Below, in pieces: positions 20,011-29,621 of a stretch of 64,000 bases of DNA. The DNA is taken from the NCBI GenBank assembly GCA_047601445.1, contig JASGJH010000001.1, positions 320,001 through 384,000 of the forward strand, given 5' to 3'. The DNA is from Myxococcales bacterium (lineage in GTDB: Bacteria > Myxococcota_A > Polyangia > Polyangiales > DASUME01). A program made the position numbers and the translations under genes. Within the stretch, counting starts at the first letter, position 1; the number at the start of each line of letters is the position of its first letter. The notes below the pieces were generated by a model. It saw nothing but the letters and a program-made list of their open reading frames with translations. It did not search any database and was not told the origin of the DNA.

Positions 20011-20063
20011 TGACGGTTTGTCCTGGCTAGTGACCAAATGACATGGCGCTTGCTCGTTTGTCA
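20011..20063. promoter_or_regulatory. Three degenerate TGAC-N5-GTCA-like sites at 20-bp periodicity over the regulator's own promoter
   Basis: TGACGGTTTGTCC 20011-20023, TGACCAAATGACA 20031-20043, TGCTCGTTTGTCA 20051-20063. The last overlaps a minus-strand TTGACA. Confidence 0.45.
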
Positions 20064-20107
20064 AGGAATGCCATTTAGAGGCAGCCGGCGTGATAGGAGT
20101 GGTCGTC

Positions 20108-20530
20108 ATGGGCGGCATGCGACGCACCTTCGCTCGGGTCCTGGTTGGGGCTGTCTTGCTCGTCGGCGTGGCTGTACCAGCGCAGGCGACGGCCCCCGCG
20201 GCCACCTTGCGCGTGGCCGAGCCGCGCGAGCTCCAGGTCGGCGATCGCGCCGCACTGAGCGTCACTCTGACGCTGCCCGCACAGGCCGGGGCGCCGCTGC
20301 TGCTGACGCAGTCCGTGGAGGGCGAGGCGCTCGAGGTGGTGCGCGGTAGGTTGTTGCGCTCGGATGCACGGGACCCGCAGGCCTCTCCGCTCAGCTTCGA
20401 CGTACCCGTGTTGGCGCGCGCGCCGGGCACCAGCATCGTGCGCGTGCACGCGTTGATCTACCTGTGCGACGCGCAATGCGAGGCCGTGGAGATCGAGCAG
20501 CGCGTGAGCGTGCGGGTCCTGGCGCGCTGA
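20108..20530 (+). CDS. Exported hypothetical protein, Ig-like with C-terminal C-x3-C
   Basis: AGGAG 8 nt before ATG 20108; signal peptide ending VPAQA; YLCDAQC. Confidence 0.65.
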   Translation: MGGMRRTFARVLVGAVLLVGVAVPAQATAPAATLRVAEPRELQVGDRAALSVTLTLPAQAGAPLLLTQSVEGEALEVVRGRLLRSDARDPQASPLSFDVPVLARAPGTSIVRVHALIYLCDAQCEAVEIEQRVSVRVLAR

Positions 20531-20557
20531 GCTGAGCGGCGCCTATCCAAGGGCCGT

Positions 20558-22459
20558 TCAAGGCAAGAGCTTGGGGCTGCCCACCATCGCCAGCGCCTCG
20601 AGCTCGGCGCGCTCCAGAGTCTCGACCTCCAACAAGCGTCGGGCGATGGCCTCGAGGGCCTCCTTCTTCTGCTCCAACACCGATCGGGCCCGCAGATAGG
20701 CCGCGTCGACGATGGCGCGCACCTCGCGATCGATGGCCTGGGCCGTGTCCTCGGAGAAGTTGCGCTCTTCGCCCAGCACCGCCCCCTCCAGAAAGCGCAG
20801 GTTCTTCGAGCGGCCGTAGGCGAGGGGGCCCAGCTCCTGACTCATCCCGAAGCGGCACACCATTTGGCGGGCCGTCTCGGCCACGCGCTCCAGGTCGTTC
20901 TGCGCGCCAGTCGAGACGTCGGAGAACATCACGTCCTCGGCGGCTCGTCCGCCGAGCATCACGCAGATGCGGTCGAGCAGCTCCTCGCGCGTCATCATGT
21001 AGCGCTCCTCTGCGGGCAGCTGCAGGGTCGCGCCCAGGGCACCGATGGAGCGCGGAATGATGGTCACCCGATGCACTGGATCCGCGTGGCGCATGGAGAG
21101 GGCGACCAGAGCATGCCCGCTCTCGTGATAGGCCACGCGCCGCTTCTCGTCCTCGCTCATGGCTCGGTTCTTCTTCTTGAGGCCGAGCTGAATGCGATCG
21201 ATGGACTCTTCGAGGTCTTTCTGGGACACGGCCTGGGCGCCTACTCGTGCGGCAGCCAGGGCACCCTCGTTGATGAGGTTCGCCAGATCCGCTCCGACCA
21301 TGCCGGGCGTGCGCTGCGCGATCACCTTGAGATCGACGTCGCTGGCAAGCTTCACCTTGCGTACGTGGACACGCAAGATCTCCTCGCGCCCCTTGAGGTC
21401 CGGACGGTCCACCAGAACCTGTCGATCGAAGCGTCCGGCTCGCATCAACGCTTGGTCGAGCACCTCGGGGCGGTTGGTGGCGGCCATCAACACCACGCCG
21501 CTCGAGGCGTCGAAGCCGTCCATTTCCACCAAGAGCTGATTGAGCGTCTGCTCGCGCTCGTCGTTGGTCCCCATGGCCGCCAGGCCGCCACGTGACTTAC
21601 CGAGTGCGTCCAGCTCGTCGATGAACACGATGCAAGGTGCGCGACCCTTGGCCTGCTCGAACAGGTCACGGATGCGCGCGGCCCCGACGCCCACGAACAT
21701 CTCCACGAACTCCGAGCCCGAGATGCTGAAGAACGCCACGCGCGCCTCGCCGGCCACGGCTTTGGCCAACAGCGTCTTGCCGGTGCCCGGTGGACCGAGC
21801 AGCAACACCCCCTTTGGGATGCGCGCCCCCAGCGCTTGGTACTTCTGGGGCTGACTGAGGAAATCCACCACCTCGATCAGCTCCGCCTCGGCCTCGTCGA
21901 CGCCTGCCACATCCTCGAAGGTGACGCGCTCGGTGGCGGTTCGATCGTAGATCTTCACACGCGACTTGCCGAAGCTCAGCGGGCCCCCGCGCTTCTGCAT
22001 GCGACGCTGGGCGAAGGTCCAGAGCGCGAACAGCAGGCCGAGCGGGAGCAGCCAGCCGAGCACGAACGAACTCCACCAGGAGGTCTCCTCGGAGTGCCCG
22101 CTGACCTTCACGTCGTGTTGAGCCAGCTTTTCCAGCAGCTCCTTCGGGTCGTGACCCGGGATGCGCTCCGTCACCACGCGGTCGAACTTGTCGCTCTTCT
22201 GGTCCGGCTTGAGCCGTCCCGACAAGTCGTGCTCGCGCACCTCCACCTCGCCGAGCTTGCCCTGGTCCACCAGGCCGAGGAACTCGCTGTAGCTCACGTG
22301 CTTGGGGATGGGCGCCTTGAGCAAAAAGCTCTGCGCCAGCGTGAGGACGATGAAGCCGAAGAAGAGTGCAACCGTGGGCCAGTGGATACTTCCGCGAGGA
22401 GGTCGAGGCGCGCCCTCGGGCGCGCGAGCGGAAAACGGACTGGGCAAGGGGCCTCTCAA
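20558..22459 (-). CDS. ftsH: ATP-dependent zinc metalloprotease FtsH
   Basis: Two TMs, [27 protein letters not shown] and zinc motif HESGH. Confidence 0.95.
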   Translation of the reverse strand: MRGPLPSPFSARAPEGAPRPPRGSIHWPTVALFFGFIVLTLAQSFLLKAPIPKHVSYSEFLGLVDQGKLGEVEVREHDLSGRLKPDQKSDKFDRVVTERIPGHDPKELLEKLAQHDVKVSGHSEETSWWSSFVLGWLLPLGLLFALWTFAQRRMQKRGGPLSFGKSRVKIYDRTATERVTFEDVAGVDEAEAELIEVVDFLSQPQKYQALGARIPKGVLLLGPPGTGKTLLAKAVAGEARVAFFSISGSEFVEMFVGVGAARIRDLFEQAKGRAPCIVFIDELDALGKSRGGLAAMGTNDEREQTLNQLLVEMDGFDASSGVVLMAATNRPEVLDQALMRAGRFDRQVLVDRPDLKGREEILRVHVRKVKLASDVDLKVIAQRTPGMVGADLANLINEGALAAARVGAQAVSQKDLEESIDRIQLGLKKKNRAMSEDEKRRVAYHESGHALVALSMRHADPVHRVTIIPRSIGALGATLQLPAEERYMMTREELLDRICVMLGGRAAEDVMFSDVSTGAQNDLERVAETARQMVCRFGMSQELGPLAYGRSKNLRFLEGAVLGEERNFSEDTAQAIDREVRAIVDAAYLRARSVLEQKKEALEAIARRLLEVETLERAELEALAMVGSPKLLP

Positions 22460-23559
22460 TCTGCGTAGGGCACGCGCTCCATGGGCGGTCGAGACCCGTG
22501 CCAGCGCATCAACGACGTCTGGGCTTTCCCGGCGTCGTTGTACTCGATGATCGCATAGGTCAGGCCGCTTGCCTGCCCCAGGTAGCGCAAATCGAGATTG
22601 ATCATGTCCATCCAGGTTCCCGTGTTCACCAGCAGCTTGCCCGAAGTTAGGGTGCGTACCCGGGGCGCATGACTGTGTCCCACGATCAACGTGTGCACGC
22701 CGCGCAGCTTGGACAGGGCATGGGTAGCCTGGGAGTCATAGTCCCCAATTCCGACGATCTCCTCGACGAACGCGGTGGGCAGTCGGCGAATGCGCTCGAG
22801 CCAGGCGCGCACGGTGAAAATGCGGTGCCGCAGCCAGTGACCCGCGCAGCGCAGCAGGAACGCCACCGTGAAGCGCGGCTCGAACAGCAGTCCGCCCAGG
22901 ATGAAGCGCGTGAACGGCTGCACGCGGTCGATGTGCTGCTTCACGAGCTTGGCTGGGTTGAGCACCTCGAGGATCCACAAGCTGCCCCAGGGGAGGTCGA
23001 GGATCTCGGTGCCGTCCTTGAGCTTGCGCGTCATGCGCCGATAGTCGACTCGGTGGATGTGCTCGAGCTGGTGCCCGTGCCGAATCTGGATGCCCTCGGG
23101 CAGGTGGTACGTGTCCGTGGCCGTGATGAAGCGGACCCGTTCGGCGGCTTCGCCCGGAGCCACGTAGCGCCTGAACAGCTCCTGGGGGGCGGTGAACCAC
23201 ATGTCGAGATCGTGATTGCCGGGCAGGTAGACCAGCCGTCGCTGGGGCTTCTGCAGGAAGGCGCGCAGGGCCGCCACGAACCGGGGGTGACCGTCCAGGC
23301 ACATCCGTAGCTTTTGTTCCGCGACCTCGGCGGTGATCTCGGTGGGCCACTGGCCGCCGATCTGGACCTTGAGCAGGTCGAAGATATCGCCGTTCAAGAT
23401 CAGCTCGATCTGGGTGTGCTCGCCGCTGCGGCGGTCGTAGTGCTCCAGCAGCTCCGCGAACCGATCATCGTAGAAAAAGTCTTCGAGTGGGTTCAGCTGG
23501 CCTTCGGGAACCCCGGTGCCGAGGTGCAGGTCGCTGACCACCAGGCGAATCAACTTCAC
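22456..23559 (-). CDS. Calcineurin-like metallophosphoesterase
   Basis: SDLHLG, NGDIFD, GNHD, HGH, GHSH and NTGTW motifs. Confidence 0.88.
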   Translation of the reverse strand: MKLIRLVVSDLHLGTGVPEGQLNPLEDFFYDDRFAELLEHYDRRSGEHTQIELILNGDIFDLLKVQIGGQWPTEITAEVAEQKLRMCLDGHPRFVAALRAFLQKPQRRLVYLPGNHDLDMWFTAPQELFRRYVAPGEAAERVRFITATDTYHLPEGIQIRHGHQLEHIHRVDYRRMTRKLKDGTEILDLPWGSLWILEVLNPAKLVKQHIDRVQPFTRFILGGLLFEPRFTVAFLLRCAGHWLRHRIFTVRAWLERIRRLPTAFVEEIVGIGDYDSQATHALSKLRGVHTLIVGHSHAPRVRTLTSGKLLVNTGTWMDMINLDLRYLGQASGLTYAIIEYNDAGKAQTSLMRWHGSRPPMERVPYAD

Positions 23560-23783
23560 GGGGGACTTGGCTCCGTAACTAGGCGCACGCGATTCCCCAT
23601 ACTGGTCGGAAAGGGTCCGTGGCTGTCAAGTCGCTGGCCAGCCGGTCGCGGGGGGCGAGATGCGGGCGGTGCCTGGGGTCGTCGGATGTGGGCAAAAGCG
23701 GCCCGGGCCGGGGGGTCCGGGCGGGGTTCCGGGACGCCGACTGGGCTTGCGCGAGGACCGCCCGAAACGTCCCTACCATCAAA

Positions 23784-23812
23784 TTGACAGCACGTTCTTT
23801 CGGCCCTAAACA
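23784..23812 (+). promoter_or_regulatory. Candidate sigma70 promoter for the ferredoxin
   Basis: TTGACA-N17-TAAACA, 55 bp upstream of ATG 23868. Confidence 0.55.
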
Positions 23813-23867
23813 CGCAAAACCCGGAAGTTCCTGGGCGTCAAAACGGACCCAGGCGAAAGAAGAGCGA

Positions 23868-24281
23868 ATGGCCTACGTCGTCGGAGAAGCGTGCATCAAG
23901 TGCAAGTACACGGACTGCGTTGCCGTGTGTCCCGTGGACTGTTTCTATGAGGGCGAGAACAGCCTGGTCATCAACCCGGACGAGTGCATTCACTGCGGCG
24001 CTTGCGAGCCCGAGTGTCCGACCAACGCCATCTACGACGAGGACGACCTGCCCGAGAAGTGGAAGGCGTTCAAGGACATCAACTCGCTCTTCTCCGGGGC
24101 CAAGGGCGCGGGTGAGGTCGACAAGGCTGGTTTCCCCAAGACCGTGCTCAAGGTGCTGTCGGACGGCTCCTTCAAGGTGTGGCCGAACATCAACGCGCAG
24201 AAGGCCGCCATGCCCGGCGCCGACGATGAGTCGAAGCGCGAGGGTAAGGCCGAAGAGTTCGATCCGGCTCCCGGTGGTTGA
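23868..24281 (+). CDS. fdxA: 7Fe ([3Fe-4S]+[4Fe-4S]) ferredoxin, FdxA family
   Basis: [46 protein letters not shown] and WPNI. Confidence 0.9.
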   Translation: MAYVVGEACIKCKYTDCVAVCPVDCFYEGENSLVINPDECIHCGACEPECPTNAIYDEDDLPEKWKAFKDINSLFSGAKGAGEVDKAGFPKTVLKVLSDGSFKVWPNINAQKAAMPGADDESKREGKAEEFDPAPGG

Positions 24282-24314
24282 ACCAGCGCACTAGTCCAAC
24301 ATCGCCTGCATCGG

Positions 24315-24340
24315 AAGCGCTCTCTCGGGGGCGCTTTTTT
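24315..24340 (+). terminator. Rho-independent terminator after the ferredoxin
   Basis: AAGCGCTCT-CTCG-GGGGCGCTT hairpin followed by a T run. Confidence 0.75.
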
Positions 24341-24770
24341 GTTTCCGGGTGAGCGCAGCGAGACGTCCCGCGCGTGGCTCCATGACCCTCTCCGGGAGCC
24401 CTCAGATCGACCCCCAAGACATTTTTTTTTCGCACGTGCGGACGCGCAAAAGCGCTCGCTGAGCACCAGGACAGGAACCCAATTTGAGTACGATCAGGGA
24501 GCGCAATTCGGACGCGGTGTAACGACTGCTCGTTCCCGAAGTTGGACGCAAGATTGCTCAGTTAAGGGCGCGCTCGAGACATATTCGTGGCGCTTCCAGA
24601 GCCCCTCACGAAGCTGAGCTTGACCACAATTGAGGGCAGAATCCTCTGCAAATCAGCGGCCCCTTTGGGGTGTGCGGACTGCGGCGATCTTGCCGTTCTA
24701 GGCGAGACATGCGCGTTGCAATGTCTTTCCGTTCCTCGAATCAGGGGCCTGGTGCTGCCATAGTTTCAGC

Positions 24771-25373
24771 ATGTCGGAAGTCGCAACCACCACGGTCCAA
24801 GAGCGACGTAAGGCCCAGCAGGAACGCCAGCGCCGGCGGCTAATCTTGGCGGCAGGCGAGACGTTCGTTGCACTCGGGTACGCAACCTCCACGGTTGCAG
24901 ACATCCTGAAAGCGGCAGGGATGTCACGACGCTCGTTCTACGAGTTCTTCACAAGCAAGGAAGATATCTTGCTCGCCCTTCTCGATGAGATGGTGAACGA
25001 GATACGAGGTGAGGTACAGGAGCTCACTCAGGGAGTCGAAGATCCCTTCGAGCGCGCCACGCTGTTGATGTTGGCTTACGTGCGTGTGGCGTCGCGCTTC
25101 CCAGTGGTGAGCTATCAAGTGATGGCGGCAGGCGGTGAGCCGCGCGTGCGTCGTCGTCAACACTTGTCGGCGTTCCTCGAACAGCTCAACGAACAGCTCA
25201 AGGCTGCCCATGAAAAGGGGTTGATCTCCAAGGCCCCGGACGACGTCACGCTGCGCATGCTGGTGGGCGGGTTGGATCACCTGATCCTCTCCTATCACCT
25301 CGACGGTTCGCGTGAACGCCTCGGTGAGACCGAGGGAGAGGTTCGAGAGCTGTTCGCCCGCGCATTCAAGTGA
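24771..25373 (+). CDS. TetR/AcrR family transcriptional regulator
   Basis: N-terminal HTH GYATSTVADILKAAGMSRRSFYEFFTSKEDIL. Confidence 0.92.
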   Translation: MSEVATTTVQERRKAQQERQRRRLILAAGETFVALGYATSTVADILKAAGMSRRSFYEFFTSKEDILLALLDEMVNEIRGEVQELTQGVEDPFERATLLMLAYVRVASRFPVVSYQVMAAGGEPRVRRRQHLSAFLEQLNEQLKAAHEKGLISKAPDDVTLRMLVGGLDHLILSYHLDGSRERLGETEGEVRELFARAFK

Positions 25374-25579
25374 CGGGAAGGGATTGAAGGTCGTTCGAGT
25401 GCTCGGGGCGAGCCGCGCTCCGAGCACCGCGAGGCCTCGCGCGAGAAGCCAGATCGAGCTTGCCCTTGCGGCGTAGCGCATCGCGCGCTCGCCGCGGGTG
25501 AGAAGGACTGCGCGCAGGGGAAGGGGGAGCGCCGGTCAAATTGCCGGGCCGCCCGCGCCTGGCACACTTGCGCCCGCCC

Positions 25580-26818
25580 ATGACGCGCGCTGGTCGTTTG
25601 CTCGCGCGAGATCCCTTTCTCGCTTTCGCCATGTGTAGTGCGTGCACGCTCTCGCTGACTTCGTTCGCGAGCTTTCCGGCGTTGATGCCGCGGCTGTTCG
25701 TGGATTGGCAGCTGAGCACGCGCGAGGCGACCTTCGTGAATGCGGCGTTCTACGCGGGCTACGTCCTGGTCTCGCCCGTCCTCACGACCTTGACCGATCG
25801 CGTCGATGCTCGGCGGATCGTGCTCGTGTCCTGCGCGCTGGGCGCCCTGGCCGCGATGGCGTTCGCCGCGTCGGGCGGCACGCTGTGGTGGGCGATGGGC
25901 GCGCGTGCTGCGAGCGGAGTGGCCACGGCCGGCTCGTTCATGCCGGGGCTCAGGGCGCTGACGGATCGCGTCCAGGTGTCCCGTCAGGCGCGCTACGTGG
26001 GCTACTACATGGGCTGCTTCGCGCTCGGCACGAGCCTCTCCTACGCGGCTTGCGAGGCGCTCGCGGCGCGACTCGGCGCCGACCTGGCCCTCTGGTGTAT
26101 GGCTCTGGGACCCGCGCTCGCGATCCCGTTCGCGCTGACGCTGGCTCCCCTCGGTCTGCCTGCTGCGAGCCAGAGCTCGTGGCTCCCCAATCCGGCGCCC
26201 ATCTTGCGCAATCGGGCCGCCTTCGGCTTGGTGTGTTGCTACGGGCTGCACACCTGGGAGCTCTTCACGCTGCGCAGTTGGGGCGTGGCGTTCCTCAATT
26301 TCGCGCAGTCTGCCGAGAACTTTCGCGCGCCGTTCTGGTGGGCGCCAGCCACGGTGGTGGGCCTGGCCAACGTGCTCACCGTGCCGGCCAGCGTGTTCGG
26401 CGTGGGCTTCGCCGAGCGCATCGGTCGCGTGCGCTGGGTCGGGTCGGTGATGGTGGCTTCTTCGCTGAGCTTCGGAGCGCTGGCCTGGGCGGAACTCCTG
26501 CCCGCACCGCTCGCGTGCATGGCGGTGCTGCTATGCGGGGCGCTGATGGGAGCCGATTCAGCGACGCTCACTTCGGGGGTCGTGGCCCAGGTGCCGATGC
26601 ACGAGCGAGGGCTCGGGATGGCCGTGCACACTACCGTGGGCTTCTTGGGGGCGTTCGCGGGGCCGCTGATGTTCGGTCTCATTTTGGATGCGGCGGGAGG
26701 GCCGAGTGAGCCACTGGCCTGGACGAAGAGCTTCGGAATTTCGGGAGGATTTACGTTGCTTGCGGGTTGGCTGGTCCGCGCCTCGATCGCCCGCAGGGAG
26801 CTGGAACAGCCTTCTTAG
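25580..26818 (+). CDS. MFS transporter
   Basis: About 12 hydrophobic segments; LTDRVDARR and AERIGR loop motifs. Confidence 0.88.
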   Translation: MTRAGRLLARDPFLAFAMCSACTLSLTSFASFPALMPRLFVDWQLSTREATFVNAAFYAGYVLVSPVLTTLTDRVDARRIVLVSCALGALAAMAFAASGGTLWWAMGARAASGVATAGSFMPGLRALTDRVQVSRQARYVGYYMGCFALGTSLSYAACEALAARLGADLALWCMALGPALAIPFALTLAPLGLPAASQSSWLPNPAPILRNRAAFGLVCCYGLHTWELFTLRSWGVAFLNFAQSAENFRAPFWWAPATVVGLANVLTVPASVFGVGFAERIGRVRWVGSVMVASSLSFGALAWAELLPAPLACMAVLLCGALMGADSATLTSGVVAQVPMHERGLGMAVHTTVGFLGAFAGPLMFGLILDAAGGPSEPLAWTKSFGISGGFTLLAGWLVRASIARRELEQPS

Positions 26819-26847
26819 TCCGGCCGGTATGATCTAGAGTTTGCGGC

Positions 26848-28392
26848 ATGAAGAAGCTCTATCCCTCGCTCGCGCTCGCGGGCCTGCTCGCGTCATCGAC
26901 GGCTTGCAACAGCGATGACGACAAGACCGCGTCGCAGTGTCAGGTGCTCTGCAAGGCTCCAGCGGCCGACGCGGGAGGCGATTCCGGCGCCGGTGCTGCG
27001 ACGCCGATGGACGCTGGCAACTGCGCCTGTGGCGGCGATGGCGGCGATGGAGACGTCGACAGCGGCGGCGACGGGGATGTCGACAGCGGCACGATGCAGG
27101 ATGGCGGGCACGGCGATGGGGGCATGACGGGCTCCGACGCGGGCAGCGATGCCGGGACCGAGCCCAAACCCACCGGAGACACGGCGCCCGACGTCACTGG
27201 ACTGAACGCGGTCCAGGTCGTGGGCGGTCTCAGCAACCTTGTGTACGCGGCACAGCCCAAGGGCACCACGGACTGGTATCTCGTGGAGCAGGCCGGCACC
27301 GTGAAGGTCTGGCACGCGGGCGGCGGCAACACGACCAGCGTCTTTCTCACGCTGCCCGAGGCCGATAACAATGGCGGCGGCGAGGAGCGCGGGCTGCTCT
27401 CCATCGCTTTTCCGCCGGACTACGCCACGAGCGGGTTGTTCTACGTGATGCTCACGCCCTTGATGGGTACCTCCGCCAACCACGACCTCGTGCTGCGATT
27501 CAAGCGCTCCGACGCGGATCCGTTCAAGGCCGACATGGCGTCGCGGGAGGTCATCCTCGACGTGCCTGCGTCGGCCAGCAACCACAACGGTGGCACCGCC
27601 ATCTTCGGGCCCGACGGCTTGTTGTACGTGGGCACCGGCGACGGCGGCGGCGGCTGCAACAGCGACAAGCCTGGTGCGCCCCAGGATATCAGCGCGCTGA
27701 ACGGCAAGGTGCTGCGGCTCGATCCGAGCAAGGCGGCGCCCTATGCGGCAGCGGGCAATCCCTTTGCCGCCACGGGCGATGCGCGCGTGTTGCACTACGG
27801 GTTGCGGAATCCGTTCCGGATTGGCTTCGATAGCGCAACGGGAGATCTCTATCTGGGTGATGTGGGCCAGGGAGCCTACGAAGAGCTCGACTATGCCCCC
27901 AAGGGAGCCACTGGTTTCAACTTCGGTTGGCCTGCATACGAGGGGGCGGTGGCTTCGACCGCGCTGAGCAACGCGCAGTGGTGCAACACGATGAGCAATG
28001 ATCGTCCTGCGCTGCGCGCGGGCTCGGTCGCCACGGCGCCCATCCTCAGCATCGATCGACGCGGAGGGGGCGGCTGCACGGGGTCGTTCTGTGACTACTC
28101 CTCGGTGATCGGCGGCGTGGTGTATCGCGGCGACGCCATCAAGAAGCTGCGCGGGGCCTATCTATTCGGGGACTACGTGGGCGCGCGCATGGGAGCTCTC
28201 TATCAAGTGGGCAACAAGACCTCGCCCGTCGCCATCCTGCGCAAGCGGTGCAATGGCAGCGACGAGGCGTGTATCCCCATGGCGGCCGGTATCAACGAGC
28301 TCACCGGCATCGTGGAAGGTGCGGACCGCGAAGTGTACCTGGTGGCAACGCGCACCAAGCTCATGAAGCTCGTGCCCGCCACGCAGCCCTGA
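26848..28392 (+). CDS. PQQ-dependent sugar (glucose/sorbosone) dehydrogenase-family lipoprotein
   Basis: Lipobox STA-C, D/G-rich linker, ERGLLSIAF, NHNGG..FGPDGLLY..TGDGG, GLRNPFR, DVGQ..EE, NFGWP. Confidence 0.88.
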   Translation: MKKLYPSLALAGLLASSTACNSDDDKTASQCQVLCKAPAADAGGDSGAGAATPMDAGNCACGGDGGDGDVDSGGDGDVDSGTMQDGGHGDGGMTGSDAGSDAGTEPKPTGDTAPDVTGLNAVQVVGGLSNLVYAAQPKGTTDWYLVEQAGTVKVWHAGGGNTTSVFLTLPEADNNGGGEERGLLSIAFPPDYATSGLFYVMLTPLMGTSANHDLVLRFKRSDADPFKADMASREVILDVPASASNHNGGTAIFGPDGLLYVGTGDGGGGCNSDKPGAPQDISALNGKVLRLDPSKAAPYAAAGNPFAATGDARVLHYGLRNPFRIGFDSATGDLYLGDVGQGAYEELDYAPKGATGFNFGWPAYEGAVASTALSNAQWCNTMSNDRPALRAGSVATAPILSIDRRGGGGCTGSFCDYSSVIGGVVYRGDAIKKLRGAYLFGDYVGARMGALYQVGNKTSPVAILRKRCNGSDEACIPMAAGINELTGIVEGADREVYLVATRTKLMKLVPATQP

Positions 28393-28406
28393 GGCGAAGG
28401 TCGTCC

Positions 28407-29621
28407 TTACGGGTTCGGCGCAGGGTACCCGCGCGCTTCCGTCATCTGCTCGATCCACAGGCGCACGGCGGTCACGCCTTTGTCGTCGACTTGGTTGGTG
28501 GCGATGCGCGGCATCTGTGCCGGCCCGCGCACGGCCATGCGCCCCAGCAGCAAACTGCGGGTCGGATCGGTGGGGCGCACGCGCAGGTAGCCGCCGGCCG
28601 GGACGGGCGAGGGCAACACGGCGTTGTTGCCATAGCCCTGGTTGAGCGAGGTCTTGACCGCGTCGGTGTCGAAGACGCTGCCGTACTCACCCTGCTCGAG
28701 TCGAAGGTTGAGCCCGCTCTGCTTGGCCTCCGCGAAGGCCTCCTGGTTGTGGCAGCTCACGCCACAATTGGCGTGCAGATAGCCGAGCGCCGCGCTCTCC
28801 ACGGCGTCGCCCGGCGGCTTGGCCGACAGGAGCGACGCAGCGGGCAAGCCGTCCGCGCTGTTCGCGTCTATGAGTAGGCCGCGATCGAACAGCGTTTGCA
28901 TGGAGAGACCGCTGGCGCCCGGGCCCAGCATGATGGGGTCGAAGCCGAGGGCGAAGTCCGGTCGGCCCGAGTGACACTGGCTGCACTGGTCGCGCGTGGG
29001 AACCGTGTGGCCGGTGCCGTAGAGGTTCGCCACGCCGTCGTTGTTCTGGACGGCGGTCGTCTCGTCCTCGGACCACACATAGGTCGTCGCAGACCACACG
29101 CCGGCGCGCTTCATCAGGAGCCGTGTCTCGCCGAGCCGCGTATGATCTCCGTCGACCACGCGAAACTCCTTCCACAGGCGCGTGCCTTCGGGGAAGACGA
29201 AGCCGTCGGGGCTGCTGACGTCGATCTTGGTACCAGGCGGAAGCCACAGGTAACGATGCTTGTCGGCGCCGTCGCTCCAGAGCGCGAACGCGGGCGCATA
29301 TTCGGTGACGCCGCAGGCGAGCCTTCGGCTCTGCGAGTCTGCGTAGAGGCCAGTGCAGCGCAGCTCCTGTGGAAGCGCGTTGCCGGTCAGGGGAGGGCAG
29401 TCGGCGGGCACGGGCAACGCCGTACACAGCTCACTGCCAGCATCCGCGGCGGCGTCCTGTGCCGCAGCATCGGCAGCATCGCCAGCGTCGCTGCCGGCGG
29501 CGGCATCCATGTGGACCGAGCCATCGGGCCCAGCATCTCCGAGCGGACCCGGTTGGTCTCCGCGGGAGTCCCCGCAAGCGGCCATGAGTAGGCTGGTGGT
29601 GATGAGTAGGCGGGCTTTCAT
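28407..29621 (-). CDS. Lipoprotein with two c-type-heme-like motifs (SO2930-like diheme cytochrome)
   Basis: Lipobox MAA-C; LWSDGADK.R, FPEGT.LWKEF, ETRLL; CSQCH and CGVSCH; C-terminal QMP. ATG 29621 overlaps the MBL stop. Confidence 0.75.
   Translation of the reverse strand: MKARLLITTSLLMAACGDSRGDQPGPLGDAGPDGSVHMDAAAGSDAGDAADAAAQDAAADAGSELCTALPVPADCPPLTGNALPQELRCTGLYADSQSRRLACGVTEYAPAFALWSDGADKHRYLWLPPGTKIDVSSPDGFVFPEGTRLWKEFRVVDGDHTRLGETRLLMKRAGVWSATTYVWSEDETTAVQNNDGVANLYGTGHTVPTRDQCSQCHSGRPDFALGFDPIMLGPGASGLSMQTLFDRGLLIDANSADGLPAASLLSAKPPGDAVESAALGYLHANCGVSCHNQEAFAEAKQSGLNLRLEQGEYGSVFDTDAVKTSLNQGYGNNAVLPSPVPAGGYLRVRPTDPTRSLLLGRMAVRGPAQMPRIATNQVDDKGVTAVRLWIEQMTEARGYPAPNP

Noticed and set aside
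25560..25572. TGGCACACTTGC as a sigma54 promoter for the MFS gene
   Set aside because: GG-to-GC spacing is not the obligatory 10 nt.
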